A stretch of 64,000 bases of DNA from Anthoceros angustus (GCA_010909165.1 MU008177.1:496001-560000); one strand, 5' to 3'; positions 36,721-49,007 are shown, counted from the first letter of the stretch. A program made the numbers and translations. The notes: generated by a model from the sequence alone, not told the origin.

Positions 36721-38901
36721 TAACAGCCCAAAAGAGCCGGAGGAAGGACGAACTTGATTTTTTTTGGCTAAAAACGATTGGAAGGGATCATGTCGGGAAT
36801 TTTCTGAATTCTTTGAAGCTGGAGTTGTAGGGTATTGGTGGGGAAGCAAGGAGGATATCCCAGGGAAAAGAAACGGGTCAAATGACCCCTGTGCGAAATG
36901 GAAAGTCAATCGGGCAGCACCGCCAGAGGGTCGCTACACCACGCCCCTGTGAGGTCAGGTGAAGAGGATCACCAGTTCGGTAGACTACCGTGGTAGGCTG
37001 ACGAGGTCTTGGCCAAAAAGGGAAATTAGTACAGGGGGATATTCACTAGATATGCTCACCAATAGGGGAATAGATAAATAGGATTAATTACAAGGTAATT
37101 AATTTGGGGACAGGGGAATAAGTAATTTAGGCAGGATTAGGAATTTTAGGATGGAAACCCAAATCTAGGGCTGAGCAGTCTCTAGGTGGCAGCAATCCAA
37201 GGAGGGCAAAGTGCAGTTTTGGCGACTCTCTGTTCGAACTGAGGCATCCGCACTTCGCGAAGAGCTGTGACTGGAGCTGGGGAGTAAGCGCGAGGAAGAG
37301 GAGAAGGAAGGCTGCCATCGCTATCGTCGCCACGGCTTGCGAACGGAAGGAAGGCGGAGCGCGAGAGAGGGAGAAGAAACCCTAGCCGGGTGAAGAGAAA
37401 AGAGGAGAGGAGCCCACCAAACGCTCTGAAGTATCGAGGACATAGGGGCGAGAAGGGCACTCCGAGCTGCTGAAGGAAGGCGAGAGGTGCTCGCTGAGCA
37501 ACGTGAGTGTGGAGAAAGCTGTAAAGGGCAGGAAGCACGAGATTGGGACGTCTAAAGCGGCACGGGACTGAGGGAATTAAGAACGAGAGGAAGAACGCCG
37601 CGACCACCTCACCGGTGACGCCTTGCCCTGGAAGGAGAGCTCCTGAGGAGAATTGGCGACAGCTGGGGAGCATCACCGAGACTAACGTTGGAATTGTGTC
37701 CCAGGAGAGGTCTTGCTGCCCGAAGCAAGGAGTGTTTGAGAGTGAACCTCTGAGGCCACCAGCGCTCCAGATTGGGAAGTAAATTTTCTTCCTTAGAAGC
37801 AATTGGAGTGGAAAGACACCATGAATCGAGCAGGGAAGGGCAAGGGAAAGGAACCGCCGGCCAAGGGTTCCTCCTCAAGAGGAAGAAAAGGAAAGAAGGC
37901 AAGCAGTGAGGCCGCCTGTGAGGGGTGAGGTCGAGATGCCTCAATTCACTTGTTTTATGGACAACTCAACCCCGCGACGGTGGATTTTAAGCAAGGAGGA
38001 ACATAACATCCAATTGATGGTGTATGGCCGCCAATGGCCTACACCAATTGGAGTTGATTGAGGAGTGTTACATCAACCTCCATCAATCGGAAGCGCCCCT
38101 GCCATGACAGAGAGAGGAATGCTCGACCGATCCGCTATGGACGGTTCAAGCATTCTGGCTGTGTATGGAAGGTCGGAGGAGGAGAGCTCAGAATCGCTTC
38201 CTAGAGGACAAATGGAGGGAAGAGGATTGCCTCTCGAAATTCCTCGTGAGGTCCTCGACATGATGGACGGAGGAGTGAAGGCCCACGCCAAGAATGGTCG
38301 GAAGACTGACAAAGATCAAGGAGTCAAGTGAGGCTCTTGCTAAGATTGTGGGGTTGGTAAATTATCAGCGGACTTCTTATTTCGGCACCAACTTCCTGCA
38401 ATTTTTGTGGAAGATTTCGAGAGGGGCCAAGGCAGATTGGGGCACCATCATGTATGAGGCCTACATCCATCACAGGGAGAAGCTCCTTAGGCCAAATTCG
38501 GTGGATGAGGAAGGGCCAAGGCCTCTGCTTAGCACCTATTTGGTGCATTTGTGGAGACCGAGGGCTCTCACCAAGAAGGACCGGAGGATGCTTAGCATCC
38601 TTCGGAAATTCACCACTAAGTTTAGAGAGGCCTTTGCCTTTCGCTTTGAGGAAGACGACGGGAGGTCAGACCTCCACAAGCACGCCAGGGCCAAGGGCGG
38701 AGGAAGTAGAGGCAACGAGGTTGCCGGAGTGGGAAGTCTTTCCCTCCCAAGAGCGAGGGGAAGAAGAGGAGCGAGATCTGGCCGAGGAGGGCCGGATGGT
38801 AGTCTACGAAAGGAGGACTACCGCGGGAGGGGTGACAGCCCCAAGGGTGGGAGGAGTCCCCACCATTTCGTGGGTGCCTAGGGAAGAGGCACCTCGGCAG
38901 C
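36721..38901 (+). mobile_element. Left part of a second, diverged ORF A-bearing terminal region (probable LTR 5' part)
   Basis: Starts (G)TAACAGCCCAAAAGAGCC at an abrupt junction in the protease repeat; collinear with the reverse complement of ~16250-20395. Confidence 0.75.
37821..38901 (+). pseudogene. ORF A homologue, N-terminal half (interrupted at 38901)
   Basis: MNRAGKGKGKEPPAKG..; YGRQW..ELIEECYINLHQSE; GLVNYQRT..DWGTIMYEAYIHHREKLLRPNSVDEEG..LSTYLVHLW (ORF 38294..38881). Confidence 0.75.
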
Positions 38902-41900
38902 TGTGGAAGACCACATGTACACTAACCTCCCCTGGACTGTTGATTTGAATGTTTTTTTTTGTTTTTCTTATGTTTTGTGTGATGGAGTGCTTAGGAAATG
39001 TCCGAGGCAAGGCCTTTTATACTAAAATGGTCCTTGGCCCATGACAATATTACTTTTACAAATAATTAGTCCTTGGGCCTCGAACTGAATATCGCCGGCT
39101 AGAAGGTCCTTGGACCTTGGGATTTTAGGAATAAAATTGTCTATATAAGGTGGGGATCCTTCATTCGAGGGGCCTGTGAACAAGTGGAGACGTGGCACCT
39201 CCGGAGAAGTTCGAAGCTAGCGGAGAGGTATAAGCGGAGAGAGGTGAGGCTAGGGCGGTCAAGAGAGAGGCAGCAAGAAGCGAGCAACAGCCACCGCTAG
39301 AAGCAGCCACCACGGTGGTGGAGCTACCACGGTGGTGGAGCGCACCGTCGCCACCACGGTGGTGGAGCCGGCCATCGTCGGAAGAAGGACCCAAGGTGGG
39401 GAAGCCACCGTCGAGCAGAGAGGGGATGCAACCCCTCGATTCCGTGAAGCAACCAGGATTGTCCACGGAGCCGCATACCTTCACAAAGTTGTGCTCGAGG
39501 AAATGAGCAAGGCGGAGGCTAGAGCATGGATGGAGGAACGCATGTTTGGCTGTCCAGGATGAGGAGCGAGGAAACGGCGCAGGGGCAGACGGACGCGCCT
39601 CCTAGGAGGAGTGAAGGGACCTCGGATAGCGGGAGTGAGGTGGAGATATTAAGGGAGGATCTTTGGATCGAGGCGTGGTAGGAGAGCGAGGGAACACCCA
39701 TGGGCTAGGCGGCCACGAGGCGGGCGCTGATTTTAGAGGGAGCGGCATCATAGGTCGTGGCTTTCACTTGGATTAGAGGATAAGGTGCTAGGAAGCTTGT
39801 GAATATAGATACCGAATTGGTAGGCGCGCTGGTAGGTTAGCCATCTTAGACACCGGAGGTAGGTTAGCCATCTTTAGACACTGGAGGTAGGTTAGCCATC
39901 TTAGACATCGAAAGTGAGCTATGCGCGGCCGATGTATAAGAGACCCTTGAGTGTCTCTCTAGACAATTTCGTGTGAGCTCCCGTGTCGAATTTGTGCGCG
40001 TGGTTGGTTGGAGACATCCGATCGATGATGGGCGATTGTGTCTTGTCCTCTCGTCACAAGAGGGCCGGGAGATCCTGGATGGTCGAGAGCCGAGTGACCA
40101 AGCTCCGTCCGGGGTGACTAGTGGTGAAGGGTGCTCAATGCATGCCAGGAGAGGGAAATTCTGCTGGGGACCGGGTGAGATCGCGGGGAATCGCCTGTGG
40201 AGCCGACCACTGTTTTTTTTCCTTTCCCAACCCACTGCCTAACCACAGTGTCTAATCCCAAGGAGGGGTCTGTGGCTGAGGTCTGTGGCCCAGGAGGGGT
40301 CTGTGTGGCCCAAGGAGGGGTCTGTGGCCCAAGGAGGTCTGTGTGGCCCGAGGAGGGGTCTGTGGCCCAAGGAGGTCTGTGTGGCGAGGTCTGTGGCCCA
40401 AGAGAGGGGATCTGTGGGAACATCTTGTGCGCGGTGGTGTAAGGGGTCCTAGAAGAAAGGGGTGAGTGAGTCGTGAAGGGAGTCTAGGAAGTGGTGAGCG
40501 AGAGTCCGGAACGCGGAACGCCGAGGAAGGTTGGGAATAAATTGTGGGGTCGAGGAAATCGATGGAGTGAGGTGCCGCGCGGCGTGGCCATGGTGTGCAT
40601 CCACCGTGAGCTCGGGTGTGAATCCACATGAGTGTGACTTGGTACATGTGAATCGCATAGGACCATAGCCCTTAACGAGGCGTGGTAGGAGAGCGAGGGA
40701 ACACCCATGGGTCTAGGGCTGGCCACGAGGCGCTACTGATTTTAGAGGAGCGCATCATAGGTCGAGGCTTTCACTTGGATTAGAGGATAAGGTGCTAGGA
40801 AGCTTGTGAACCTATAGATACCGAATTGGTAGGCGCGCTGGTAGGTTAGCCATCTTTAGACACCGGAGGTAGGTTAGCCATCTTTAGACACCGGAAAGTG
40901 AGCGAAAGTGAGCTATGGCTGATGTATAAGAGACCCTTGAGTGTCTCTCTAATGCACAATTTCTGTGTGAGCTCCCGTGTCGAATTTGTGCGTTGGTTGG
41001 AGACATCCGATCGATGATGGGCCGATTCAGCCTCGCCAAGAGGGCCGGGAGATCCTCGGATGGTCGAGAGCCGAGTGACCAAGCTCCGTCCGGGGTGACT
41101 AGTGGTGAAGGGTGCTCAATGCATGCCAGGAGAGGGAAATTCTGCTGGGGACCGGGTGAGATCGCGGGGAATCGCCTGTGGAGCCGACCACTGTTTTTTT
41201 CCTTTCCCAACCCACTGCCTAACCACAGTGTCTAATCCCAAGGAGGGGTCTGTGGCTCGGGAGGTCTGTGGCCCAGGAGGGGTCTGTGTGGCCCAAGGAG
41301 GGGTCTGTGGCCCAAGGAGGTCTGTGTGGCCCGAGGAGGTCTGTGGCCCAAGGAGGTCTGTGTGGCGAGGTCTGTGGCCCAAGAGAGGTCTGTGGCCTAA
41401 GAGAGGGGATCTGTGGGAACATCTTGTGCGCGGTGGTGTAAGGGGTCCTAGAAGAAAGGGGTGAGTGAGTCGTGAAGGGGAGTCTAGGAAGTGGTGAGCG
41501 AGAGTCCGGAACGCGGAACGCCGAGGAAGGTTGGGAATAAATTGTGGGGTCGAGGAAATCGATGGAGTGAGGTGCCGCGCGGCGTGGCCATGGTGTGCAT
41601 CCACCGTGAGCTCGGGTGTGAATCCACATGAGTGTGACTTGGTGTACATGTGAATCGCATAGGACCATAGCCCTTAACGAGGCGTGGTAGGAGAGCGAGG
41701 GAACACCCATGGGCCGCAGGTGGGGGCCACGAGGCGCGCTGATTTTAGAGGGGAGGCATCATAGGTCGAGGCTTTCACTTGATTAGAGGATAAGGTGCTA
41801 GGAAGCTTGTGAACCTATAGATACCGAATTGGTAGGCGCGCGTGGTAGGTTAGCCATCTTTAGACACCGGAGGTAGGTTAGCCATCTTTAGACACCGGAG

Positions 41901-43018
41901 GTAGGTTAGCCATCTTAGACACCGGAAAGTGAGCTGGTGCCTGGATGTATAAGAGACCCTTGAGTGTCTCTCAGACAATTTCTGTGTGAGCTCCCGTGTG
42001 TCGAATTTGTGCGCGTGGTTGGTTGGAGGCATCCGATCGATGATGGGCCGATTGTGTGCAGGCCCTTCCTCGTCACAAGAGGGCCGGGAGATCCTCGGAT
42101 GGTCGAGAGCCGAGTGACCAAGCTCCGCGTCTGGAGTGACTAGTGGTGAAGGGTGCTCAATGCATGCCAGGAGAGGGAAATTTCAGGGACCGGGTGAGAT
42201 CACGGGTGTGCGGATCGCCTGTGGAGCCGACCAGCTGTTTTTTTCCTTTCCCAACCCGCTGTCTAACCAGATTGTGTCTAATCCCAAGGAGGTCTGTGGC
42301 CTGTGAGGGGGTCATGTGGCCCGAGGAGGGGTCTGTGTGGCCCAAGGAGGGGTCCGTGTGGCCCAAGGAGGGGTCTGTGGCCTGGGAGGGGTCTGTGGCC
42401 CAAGAGAGGGGTCTGTGTGAGAGGTGGTGAGAGAGGAGGATCTGGGAACATCTTGTGCGCGGTGTATGAGGTCCTAGAAGAAAGGGGTGAGTGAGTCGTG
42501 TGAAGGGAGTCTAGGAAGTGGTGAGCGAGAGTCCGGAACGCGGAACCGAGGAAGGTTGGGAATAAATTGTGGGGTCGAGGAAATCAGCGACGGAGTGAGG
42601 TGCCGCGCGCGCGTGGCCATGGTGTGCATCCACCGCTGAGCTCGGGTGTGAATCCACATGAGTGTGACTTGGTGTACATGTGAATCATATAGGACCATAG
42701 CCCTTAACGAGCGAGCAGGGAACCGGGCGCCAAATAGTCGATCGCGACGCTGGCCGGGCGGTCGGGTGGGTCCACCACAGGTGGTTGAATCCACCACCGC
42801 GTGGCGAACCCACCACGGCGGTGGTGGAATCCACCACGCGTGGTCGAACTTACCACGGTAGTTGATTATGGAGGTAGGAACCGATTGTAGGAGGACTAGA
42901 ATCCATAGTTTTAGAACATCTTGACACAAAACCATTCCCTTGGGATCGAATCCTAGGACTATAACGACATAGAGGGTAAATGTGGCCTCTTTGCTCGGAT
43001 GCAAAAACCCATTCCACA
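38902..43018 (+). repeat. Gag-only element LTR 1 (contains a ~1.0 kb block x3; monomer ~2.1 kb)
   Basis: TGTGGAAGACC start, CCATTCCACA end; block anchors ~39674, 40680, 41681. Confidence 0.85.
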
Positions 43019-43105
43019 TTTTGCGCCGGGAATGAAACCGCTGGATTATAGGAAAGACTAACCATAGCTTAGGTGTCTAGTCTTTGAGTGTATTTAGTTT
43101 GGTAG

Positions 43106-44600
43106 ATGGATGCCACGAGTTGAGTCGGAGGTCAGTCAAGTCGGGAAGAAAGCCTCAAGCGGCAACACCCCAAGCTGGAAAGGTTGAAAGGGTTGCTCGG
43201 GAGTTGAGGAGGACCCAATTGGAGGACGACTTGTGGGGAAAAGAAGGGGCAAGGAATCACGGATTTGGGGGTCCGATCTTGGAGCAAGATCCCCAATCTC
43301 GGTCGAGGTACCACGCCAAGAGACCTTGATCCAACCTTGTCTCGACCTCTAGGTGTGCATCCAGCCCCAATCAACCGTGGACGCTGAATCACCATCGCTA
43401 CCATAGCCCCAACCATGTCCACCACATGTGGTGGTCACCACCAAGCAACCTTACCTGCTGTATGGAGAGGAGAAGGGTATGAGGATCGATGAATTTGTTG
43501 AGCGTTTGAGCTGACATTTGCAAACCAGAATGGCGATGCAGATTCAACTGCTCTATGGAGTTCTTCGGGCGGTCCAAAGAAGTGGTACAGCGCGAGTACC
43601 TCAAGTCGCCCACACCCCAACCACCTTTGAAGAATTGAAGAATGCCTGTGAGAGGTTTAGGGGATTGACATGGAGGGCTACGTGTTGTCCAAGCTTGAGA
43701 GGTTACAAAGAGAGAGGAAGGAAACCTTGCAAGCGATGTTGAGAGGTTTCACACCACGTGATCGTAGTGGTCCTCATTCGAGCTGCAGCAATACGGTGGT
43801 TTGCTAAAGGCCTGGTTCTAAGATGGGGAGACACGTAAGGTGGCAAGCGGAGAAGAATTTGGGCAAGGCTATCAAGGCGCTAAATTACGAGGAATCTAAC
43901 TCGCAGGAGATGAAGAAGGCTAAGAAGAGGAAGAAGTCCAAAACGGGAAAAGAAAGGATTCCTCATCGCCCTGGAGAAAGTTCCTCAGAGAGGAAAGCTC
44001 CTCAAGATTCCCTGAGGATTCCATGGAGGAAGAAACGAGTGACAGCTTGGAGGAAGATTCGATGGGGAGCGCGAGGAAAAGAAGAAATCAAGGGTGAAGT
44101 GGAAGGGAAGAAGAGCTGCATGGGGAACAAAGAGTCGAGGGCGAAACAAGAGGCGTTGTATGCAAAAAAGATGCGAGCAAGCAAGGAGGGAGGCCGAGGC
44201 GGCAACCAAGAAAGTGGAACAACACGTGGAGGCGAGAGGCCAAACCCAATTCAAGAGGGGAAGGGAGACGATGGCCTCGAATGAGAAGGGAGAAAGAGCT
44301 TCACAAATCGACGATCCGAAATTTGTGAGTATCCGGCAATCGCCAAATTCCTCAAAACCTCTCTAAGGTACAAGAACAAAGTTCGTCCATTACTCGCGAC
44401 CGTCGTAAGACACAAGACCAAGTTATATCGAATGGGACCGACGGTAACAAGGTGGTGACGACCGAGGTGGATGGGTCCGCTCAGTCCCGGAGGTTTTCCA
44501 CAATGGTTCCATCCACCGCAGATTGAATGGTCGCTTTGCCAACCGAGTTGGTTGGCGAGTTGAAAAGTATTATCAATAAGTTGGCGAGGACGCCAACAAA
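43106..44600 (+). pseudogene. gag, unit 1
   Basis: PYLLYG..GYEDPDEFVER, TTFEELKNA..ERFRG, LSKLERLQ, RWFAKGL, MGRHVRWQAEKNLGKAIKA, then a Lys/Glu/Ser-rich tail. Confidence 0.75.
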
Positions 44601-44601
44601 T

Positions 44602-44612
44602 GAGAAGGGGAG
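44602..44612 (+). promoter_or_regulatory. Polypurine tract GAGAAGGGGAG (also before LTR starts at 49008, 53869, 54831, 55910, 60681)
   Basis: Purine run 2 nt upstream of TGTGGAAG; the same LTR start abuts unrelated DNA at 38902, which confirms the boundary. Confidence 0.85.
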
Positions 44613-44614
44613 TA

Positions 44615-47403
44615 TGTGGAAGACCACATGTACACTAACCTCCCCTATTGGTTTGAATGTTTTTTTGTTTTTCTTATGTTTTGTGTGATGGAGTGCTTAG
44701 GAAATGTCCGAGGCAAGGCCTTTTATACTAAAATGGTCCTTGGCCCATGACAATATTACTTTTACAAATAATTAGTCCTTGGGCCTCGAACCTGTGAATA
44801 TCAGTTAGAAGGTCCTTGGACCTTGGGATTTTAGGAATAAAATTGTCTATATAAGGTGGGGATCCTTCATTCAAAGAACAGGGGCCCAGGGAACAAGTGG
44901 AGACGCCTGCAGGAGAAGTTCGAAGCTAGCGAGAGGTATAAGCGGAGAGAGGTGAGGCTAGGGCCGTGGTCAAGAGAGGCAACCAAGAAGGTAGAGCAAC
45001 ACCACCGAAGTGCCCACCGCTAGAAGCGACCACGGTGGTGGAGCCACCACCGTCATGAAGCAGCCACCACGGTGGTGGAGCCGCCATCGTCGGAAGAAGG
45101 ACCCAAGGTGGGGAAGCCACCGTCGAGCCGAGGAGGGGATGCAACCCCTCGATTCGAAGCAACCAGCCTGGATTGTCCACGGAGCCGGCATACCCTTCAC
45201 AGTTGTGCTCGAGGAAATGAGCAAGGCGGAGGCTAGAGCATGGATGGAGGAACGACGCTTGGTCCGGATGAGGAGCGAGGAACGGCGCAGGACTGACCGC
45301 CTCCTAGGAGGAGTGAAGGGACCTCGGATAGCGGAGTGAGGTGGAGATATTAAGGGAGGATCTTCGGATCGAGGCGTGGTAGGAGAGCGAGGGAACACCC
45401 ATGGGCGCTGGCACAGGGAGGGCTGATTTTAGAGGGAGCATCATAGGTCGAGGCTTTCACTTGGATTAGAGGATAAGGTGCTAGGAAGCTTGTGAATTTG
45501 TAGATACCGAATTGGTAGGCGCGTGGTAAGTTAGCCATCTTTAGACACCGGAGGTAGGTTAGCCATCTTTAGACACCGGGTGAGAGCTAGTGAGCTGACT
45601 GCTGATGTATAAGAGACCCTTGAGTGTCTCTCTTAATGCATACCTGTGTGAGCTCCCGTGTGTCGAATTTGTGCGTGGTTGGTTGGAGACATCCAATCGA
45701 TGATGGGCTTCGGTGTCATCCTCGTCACAAGAGGGCCGGGAGATCCTGGATGGTCGAGAGCCGAGTGACCAAGCTCGATCTGGGTGACTAGTGGTGAAGG
45801 GTGCTCAATGCATGCTAGAGAGGGAAATTCTGGGGACCGGGTGAGATCGCGGTGTGCGAATCGCCTGTGGAGCCGACCAGCTTTTTTTCCTTTCCCAACC
45901 CACGCCCAACTGGATTGTCCACGGAGCCGCATACCCTTCACAGTTGTGCTCGAGGAAATGAGCAAGGCGGAGGCTAGAGCATGGATGGAGGCCTTTGGCT
46001 GTCCAGGATGAGGAGCGAGGAAAGCGTCGCGGAGGCGAGCGCCTCCTAGGAGGAGTGAAGGGACCTCGGATAGCGGAGTGAGGTGGAGATATTAAGGGAG
46101 GATCTTCGGATCGAGGCGTGGTAGGAGAGGGGAACACCCATGGGCGGCTAGGCGGCCGTGGCAAGGATTTTAGAGGGAGCATCATAGGTCGAGGCTTTCA
46201 CTTGGATTAGAGGATAAGGTGCTAGGAAGCTTGTGAATAGATGAATTGGTAGGCGCCATGGTAGGTTAGCCATCTTTTAGGTAGTTAGCCATCTTTAACA
46301 CGGAGGTAGGTTAGCCATCTTTAGACACCGGAAAGTGAGCTATGGCGTGACGGATGTATAAGAGACCCTTGAGTGTCTCTCTTGCAGACAATTTCGTGTG
46401 AGCTCCCGTGTGTCGAATTTGTGCGTGGTTGGTTGGAGACATCCAATCGATGATGGGGTGATTCGGTGTCTCCTCTCGTCACAAGAGGGCCGGGAGATCC
46501 CCGGATGGTCGAGCCGAGTGACCAAGCTCCTGGGTGACTAGTGGTGAAGGGTGCTCAATGCATGCTAGAGAGGGAAATTCTGGGGACCGGGTGAGATCAG
46601 TGTGAATCGTGGAGCCGACCACTGTTTTTCCTTTCCCAACCACTGCCTAACCAGATTGTGTCTAATCCCAAGGAGGGTCTGTGTGGCCTGGAGGGGTCAT
46701 GTGGCCCGAGGAGGGTCTGTGTGGCCCAAGGAGGTCTGTGGCCCAGGAGGGTCTGTGGCTCGGGAGGGTCTGTGTGGCCCAAGGAGGTCTGTGGCCCAAG
46801 AGAGGAGGACCTAAGAGAGGAGGATCTGTGGGAACATCTTGTGCGGTGGTGTATGGAGGTCTTAGAAGAAAGGGGTGAGTGAGTCGTGTGAAGAGGAGTC
46901 TAGGAAGTGGTGAGCGAGAGTCCGGAAACGCGGAACCGAGGAAGGTTGGGAATAAATTGTGGGGTCGAGGAAAGCCGATGGAGTGAGGTGCCGCGGCGGC
47001 GCGGGCCATGGTGTGCATCCACCGTGAGCTCGGGTGTGAATCCACATGAGTGTGACTTGGTGTACATGTGAACTGCATAGGACCATAGCCCTTAACGAGC
47101 GGGTGGGAACCGGCGCCAATAGTCGATCGCGACGCTGCTGCGCCGCGGCGGGTGGGTCCACCACGGTGGTTGGATCCCCACCGCGGTGGCGAACCCATCC
47201 ACCACGGCGGAATCCACCACGGCGGTGGTCGAACTTACCACGGTAGTTGATTATGGTTAGGAACTAATTGTAGGAGGACTAGAATCCATAGTTTTAGAAC
47301 ATCTTGACACAAAACCATTCCCTTGGGATCGAATCCTAGGACTATAACGACATAGAGGGTAAATGTGGCCTCTTTGCGTCTTCGGATGCAAAACCATTCC
47401 ACA
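44615..47403 (+). repeat. Gag-only element LTR 2
   Basis: TG..CA termini as in LTR 1; internal duplication near 45905-46330; followed by TTT-TGGCGCTGTCGGGAA. Confidence 0.85.
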
Positions 47404-47496
47404 TTTTGGCGCTGTCGGGAATGAAACCGCTGTCGATTATAGGAAAGACTAACCATAGCTTAGGTGTCTAGTCTTTGAGTGTATTTAGTTTGGTAG

Positions 47497-48995
47497 ATGG
47501 ATGCCACGAGTTGAGCCGAGGGTGAGTCAAGTCGGGAAGAGAAGCCTCAAGCGAACACCAAAGCGGAAAGGTTGAGAGGGTTGAAATCGGGAGTTGAGGA
47601 GGACCCAATTGGAGGACGACTTGGGGAAGAAGGGGAGTAAGGAATCACCGGGATTTGGGGTCCGATCTTGTTGAGCAAGATCCCCAATCCCCGGTCTGAG
47701 GTACCACGGCCGAGACCTTGGTCCAACCTTGTCTCGACCTCCTCCTAGGTGTGTGTGCACAACCCAATCAACTTGGAACACGTCATGGAGTCGCCCAATC
47801 ACCAACATAGCCGCCAGTTCCATCAAGGCTGGCACCACACAACCTTACCTGCTGGGAGGAGAAGGGGTATGAGGATGACGAATTTGTTGAGCGCTTTGAG
47901 CACATTTGCAAACCAGAATCGGGTACACATTCAACTGCTCTATGGAGTTCTTCGGGCGGTCCAAAGTGGTACAGCGCAGTACCTCAAGTCGCCACACCCC
48001 AACCACCTTTGAAGAATTGAAGAATGCCTTCGTGAGAGGTTTAGGGGATTGACATGGAGGGCTACGTGTTGTCCAAGCTTGAGAGGTTACAAGAGAGAGG
48101 AAGGAAACCTTGCAAGCGTATGTTGAGAGGTTTCACCACGTGATCGTAGTGGTCCTCATTCAGCAGTAATACGGTGGTTCGCTAAAGGCCCGGGTTCTAA
48201 GATGGGGAGACACGTAAGGTGGCAAGCGGAGAAGAATTTGGGCAAGGCTATCAAGGCGGCGCTAAATTACGAGGAATCTAACTCAGGAGATGAAGAAGGC
48301 TAAGAAGAAGAAGAAGTCCAAAACGGGAAAAGAAAGGGATTCTCATCCCTGAGAAAGTTCCTCAGAGAGGAAAGCTCCTCAAGATTCCCTGTGAGGATTC
48401 CATGGAGGAAGAAACGAGTGACTTGGAGGAAGATTCGCCGATGGGGAGCGCCCGAGGAAAAGAAGAAATCAAGGGTGAAGTGGAAGGAAGAAGAGCTGCT
48501 GGGGAACAAAGAGTCATGAGGGCGAAACAAGAGGCGTTGTATGCAAAAAAGATGCGAGCAAGCAAGGAGGAGGCCGAGGCGGCAACCAAGAAAGTGGAAC
48601 AACACAAGTGGAGCGAGAGGGCCAAACCCAATTCAAGAGGGGAAGGGGAGACGAGATGGCCTCGAATGAGAAGGGGAGAAAGAGCTTCACAAATCGACGA
48701 TCCGGAAATTTGTGAGTATCCGGCACGCCAAATTCTCAAAACCTCTCTAAGGTACAACAAAGCGTCATTCATTACTCGCGACCGCTCAGAAGACACAAGA
48801 CCAAGTTATATCGAATGGGACCGGACGGTAACAACGGTTATGGGTGACGACGAAAGGTGGATGGGTCCGCTCGTGGTCCCGGAGGTTTTCCACAATGGTT
48901 CCATCCACCGCAGATTTGAATGGTCGCTTTGCCAACCGAGTTGGTTGGCGAGTTGAAAAGTATTATCAATAAGTTGGCGAGGACGCCAACAAATG
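47497..48995 (+). pseudogene. gag, unit 2
   Basis: Homologous to unit 1; internal region 47404-49007 (1604 bp). Confidence 0.75.
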
Positions 48996-49007
48996 AGAAG
49001 GGGAGTA

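Noticed and set aside
39825-39915. 28-bp direct repeats as a CRISPR array
   Set aside because: Repeats are contiguous with no unique spacers, there are no cas genes, and the context is eukaryotic.
39930-39946. GATGTATAAGAGAC resembles the Tn5/Nextera mosaic end (AGATGTGTATAAGAGACAG)
   Set aside because: Incomplete match, present at the homologous position of every LTR copy and embedded in a conserved AGAGAC..GTCTCT hairpin; not adapter contamination.
38902-43018. Cassandra-type 5S rRNA segment or an intact tRNA gene in the LTR
   Set aside because: No 5S A/C-box similarity beyond a few bases and no cloverleaf; only an isolated B-box-like motif.
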